DNA of 64,000 nucleotides, from positions 2,487-66,486 of the forward strand of contig JAUXRN010000032.1 of assembly GCA_030681835.1 (NCBI GenBank), written 5' to 3'. A program made the translations under genes and the position numbers. This document shows positions 63,290 through 64,000 of the stretch, one piece after another. The notes below the pieces were generated by a model, which saw nothing but the letters and a program-made list of their open reading frames with translations, did not search any database and was not told the DNA's origin. Each line of letters starts with the position of its first letter. Within the stretch, counting starts at the first letter, position 1. The DNA comes from Actinomycetota bacterium. Lineage in GTDB: Bacteria > Actinomycetota > Actinomycetes > S36-B12.

Positions 63290-64000
63290 ATGTGCCTGTC
63301 GCCTCAGTTCGACCTGGTGGCGGGACTCGCGATCTCCGTTGTCGCGGTCGACGCGCTCTGGCACTGCCGTAACCCCCGGCTCCTGGGCCTTGCGGCCCTC
63401 CCGGCGATCTTCGCCGTGCACACCTTCAGCTCTGCAGCGGTGTGGCTAGGGCTGCAGGGCAGCGTTTCGGCGACAGTCCTCGACGTCGCGACGGCGTCCT
63501 ACCTTTTCGTGGCATTCGTGATGCTGCCCGTCTACCTGCCTCTCGCGATCCTTGTCATCGAGCCGCGCGGCTGGCGACGACCGACCTTGCTCCTGCTCAC
63601 GGCCGCGGGCGGCTACGCGGCGGTGGAGTTCATGCTCGCCATGGCCAGCGGGCGAGGCAGCGCGGCGGCCTGCGACGGCTACATCGACTTCAGCGTCACC
63701 GCCACGAGCAGCTACTCGGCCGTCCTGTATGTGCTGGCGACCTGCGGGGCCCTTCTCCTGTCGGGCCAGCGGATCCTGTTCATCTGGGGCGTCACGAACG
63801 TCGTCGCCGTCGGGGCGCTGTCCATCTGGGCGAGCCGGGGGCTGCCGTCGTTGTGGTGCCTGTGGGCAGCCTGCAGCAGCGTCCTGGTGGCGTGGTACCT
63901 GCGGCGCCTGACGAAGGGTCGCGCTGAGGGGAACCCATGGCCGTGGGAGCCGGGAGGTCTGGACAGTCAGCGCCTCCGAGCCGACACTGGTGCTGGCCCC
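63290..64000 (+). CDS. integral membrane protein, hypothetical (partial, runs off window)
   Basis: I translated it by hand from ATG 63290. The frame is open to the window end, with ~6 hydrophobic segments and high GC3. It is not in the ORF track because no stop lies inside the window. Confidence 0.5.
   Translation, partial: MCLSPQFDLVAGLAISVVAVDALWHCRNPRLLGLAALPAIFAVHTFSSAAVWLGLQGSVSATVLDVATASYLFVAFVMLPVYLPLAILVIEPRGWRRPTLLLLTAAGGYAAVEFMLAMASGRGSAAACDGYIDFSVTATSSYSAVLYVLATCGALLLSGQRILFIWGVTNVVAVGALSIWASRGLPSLWCLWAACSSVLVAWYLRRLTKGRAEGNPWPWEPGGLDSQRLRADTGAGP

Noticed and set aside
1-64000. Many long ORFs in the six-frame track lie antisense to, or out of frame with, well-supported genes. Examples: 1020-1721(-), 6270-7451(+), 12194-13183(-), 15184-16053(-), 21664-22623(-), 25254-26189(-), 26205-26915(-), 29936-30994(+), 30844-31956(+), 40304-41311(+), 54179-55093(-), 61874-63421(-).
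   Set aside because: These are typical shadow ORFs of a ~70% GC genome, where stop codons are rare in non-coding frames. Their translations are Arg/Pro/Gly/Ala-rich with no recognisable motifs, and each is fully covered by a gene with clear family signatures.
1-64000. CRISPR arrays, rRNA genes, intact tRNA genes.
   Set aside because: While reading the window I saw no regularly spaced direct repeats, no rRNA-like conserved stretches and no complete cloverleaf. Only tRNA-derived fragments were found. A tRNAscan/CRISPR finder run would be the decisive check.

Overview
This is a high-GC actinobacterial-type chromosomal segment. Hand counts of 60-nt lines give about 72% GC in core genes and 50-60% in one islet. 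It is densely coding on both strands. I saw no rRNA, no CRISPR array and no intact tRNA.

Content in order:
1. 1-3.5 kb: the 3' end of a 3-hydroxyacyl-CoA dehydrogenase gene, an L-serine dehydratase gene truncated by an IS6-family element, and an acyl-CoA synthetase.
2. 3.6-19.1 kb: a full myo-inositol catabolic supercluster. The minus-strand operon is sugar ABC transporter, alpha/beta hydrolase, iolE-like, iolG, with a divergent LacI regulator. The plus-strand operon is iolA-iolC-aldolase-iolB-iolD-oxidoreductase, with a divergent GntR regulator.
3. 19.15-26.1 kb: a lower-GC mosaic accessory islet. It holds a shikimate-kinase-like P-loop protein divergent from a protein with an Mrr-like (QxK) nuclease core, a HAD hydrolase, a DUF433/DUF5615 TA pair, WS/DGAT plus SRPBCC, and a Phd/ParE-RelE TA pair. 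It is bracketed by degenerate repeats and ends in a tRNA-Thr 3'-half fused to a truncated MarR gene.
4. 26.1-46.6 kb: mixed genes. These include GAF-GGDEF, DUF2975/YozG, a dmpEFGH-like lower meta-cleavage operon, an LLM oxidoreductase, a 2H phosphoesterase, small stress-type proteins, dodecin, a membrane GGDEF, an L-lactate-oxidase-like gene, a disulfide reductase plus DinB, and a decayed katE.
5. 46.6-58.8 kb: a light-themed neighbourhood. It contains a GGDEF protein fused to a CarH-type (Wx9EH) B12-binding module, an MMPL transporter, a histidine kinase/NarL-type regulator pair, a heliorhodopsin translationally coupled to an unknown 179-aa ORF, SRPBCC plus Rieske genes, and an FeS-BCP (6-4)-type photolyase.
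6. 58.8-64 kb: an ABC1/UbiB kinase, a secreted pepsin-like (DTG/DSG) protein, a Tat-signal sulfatase and a partial membrane protein.

Best candidates for something undescribed:
- the HK-RR-heliorhodopsin-unknown ORF module
- the B12-photoreceptor-like diguanylate cyclase
- the kinase/nuclease-like pair in the islet

All family calls come from reading the translations and recalling motifs. No database search was possible.
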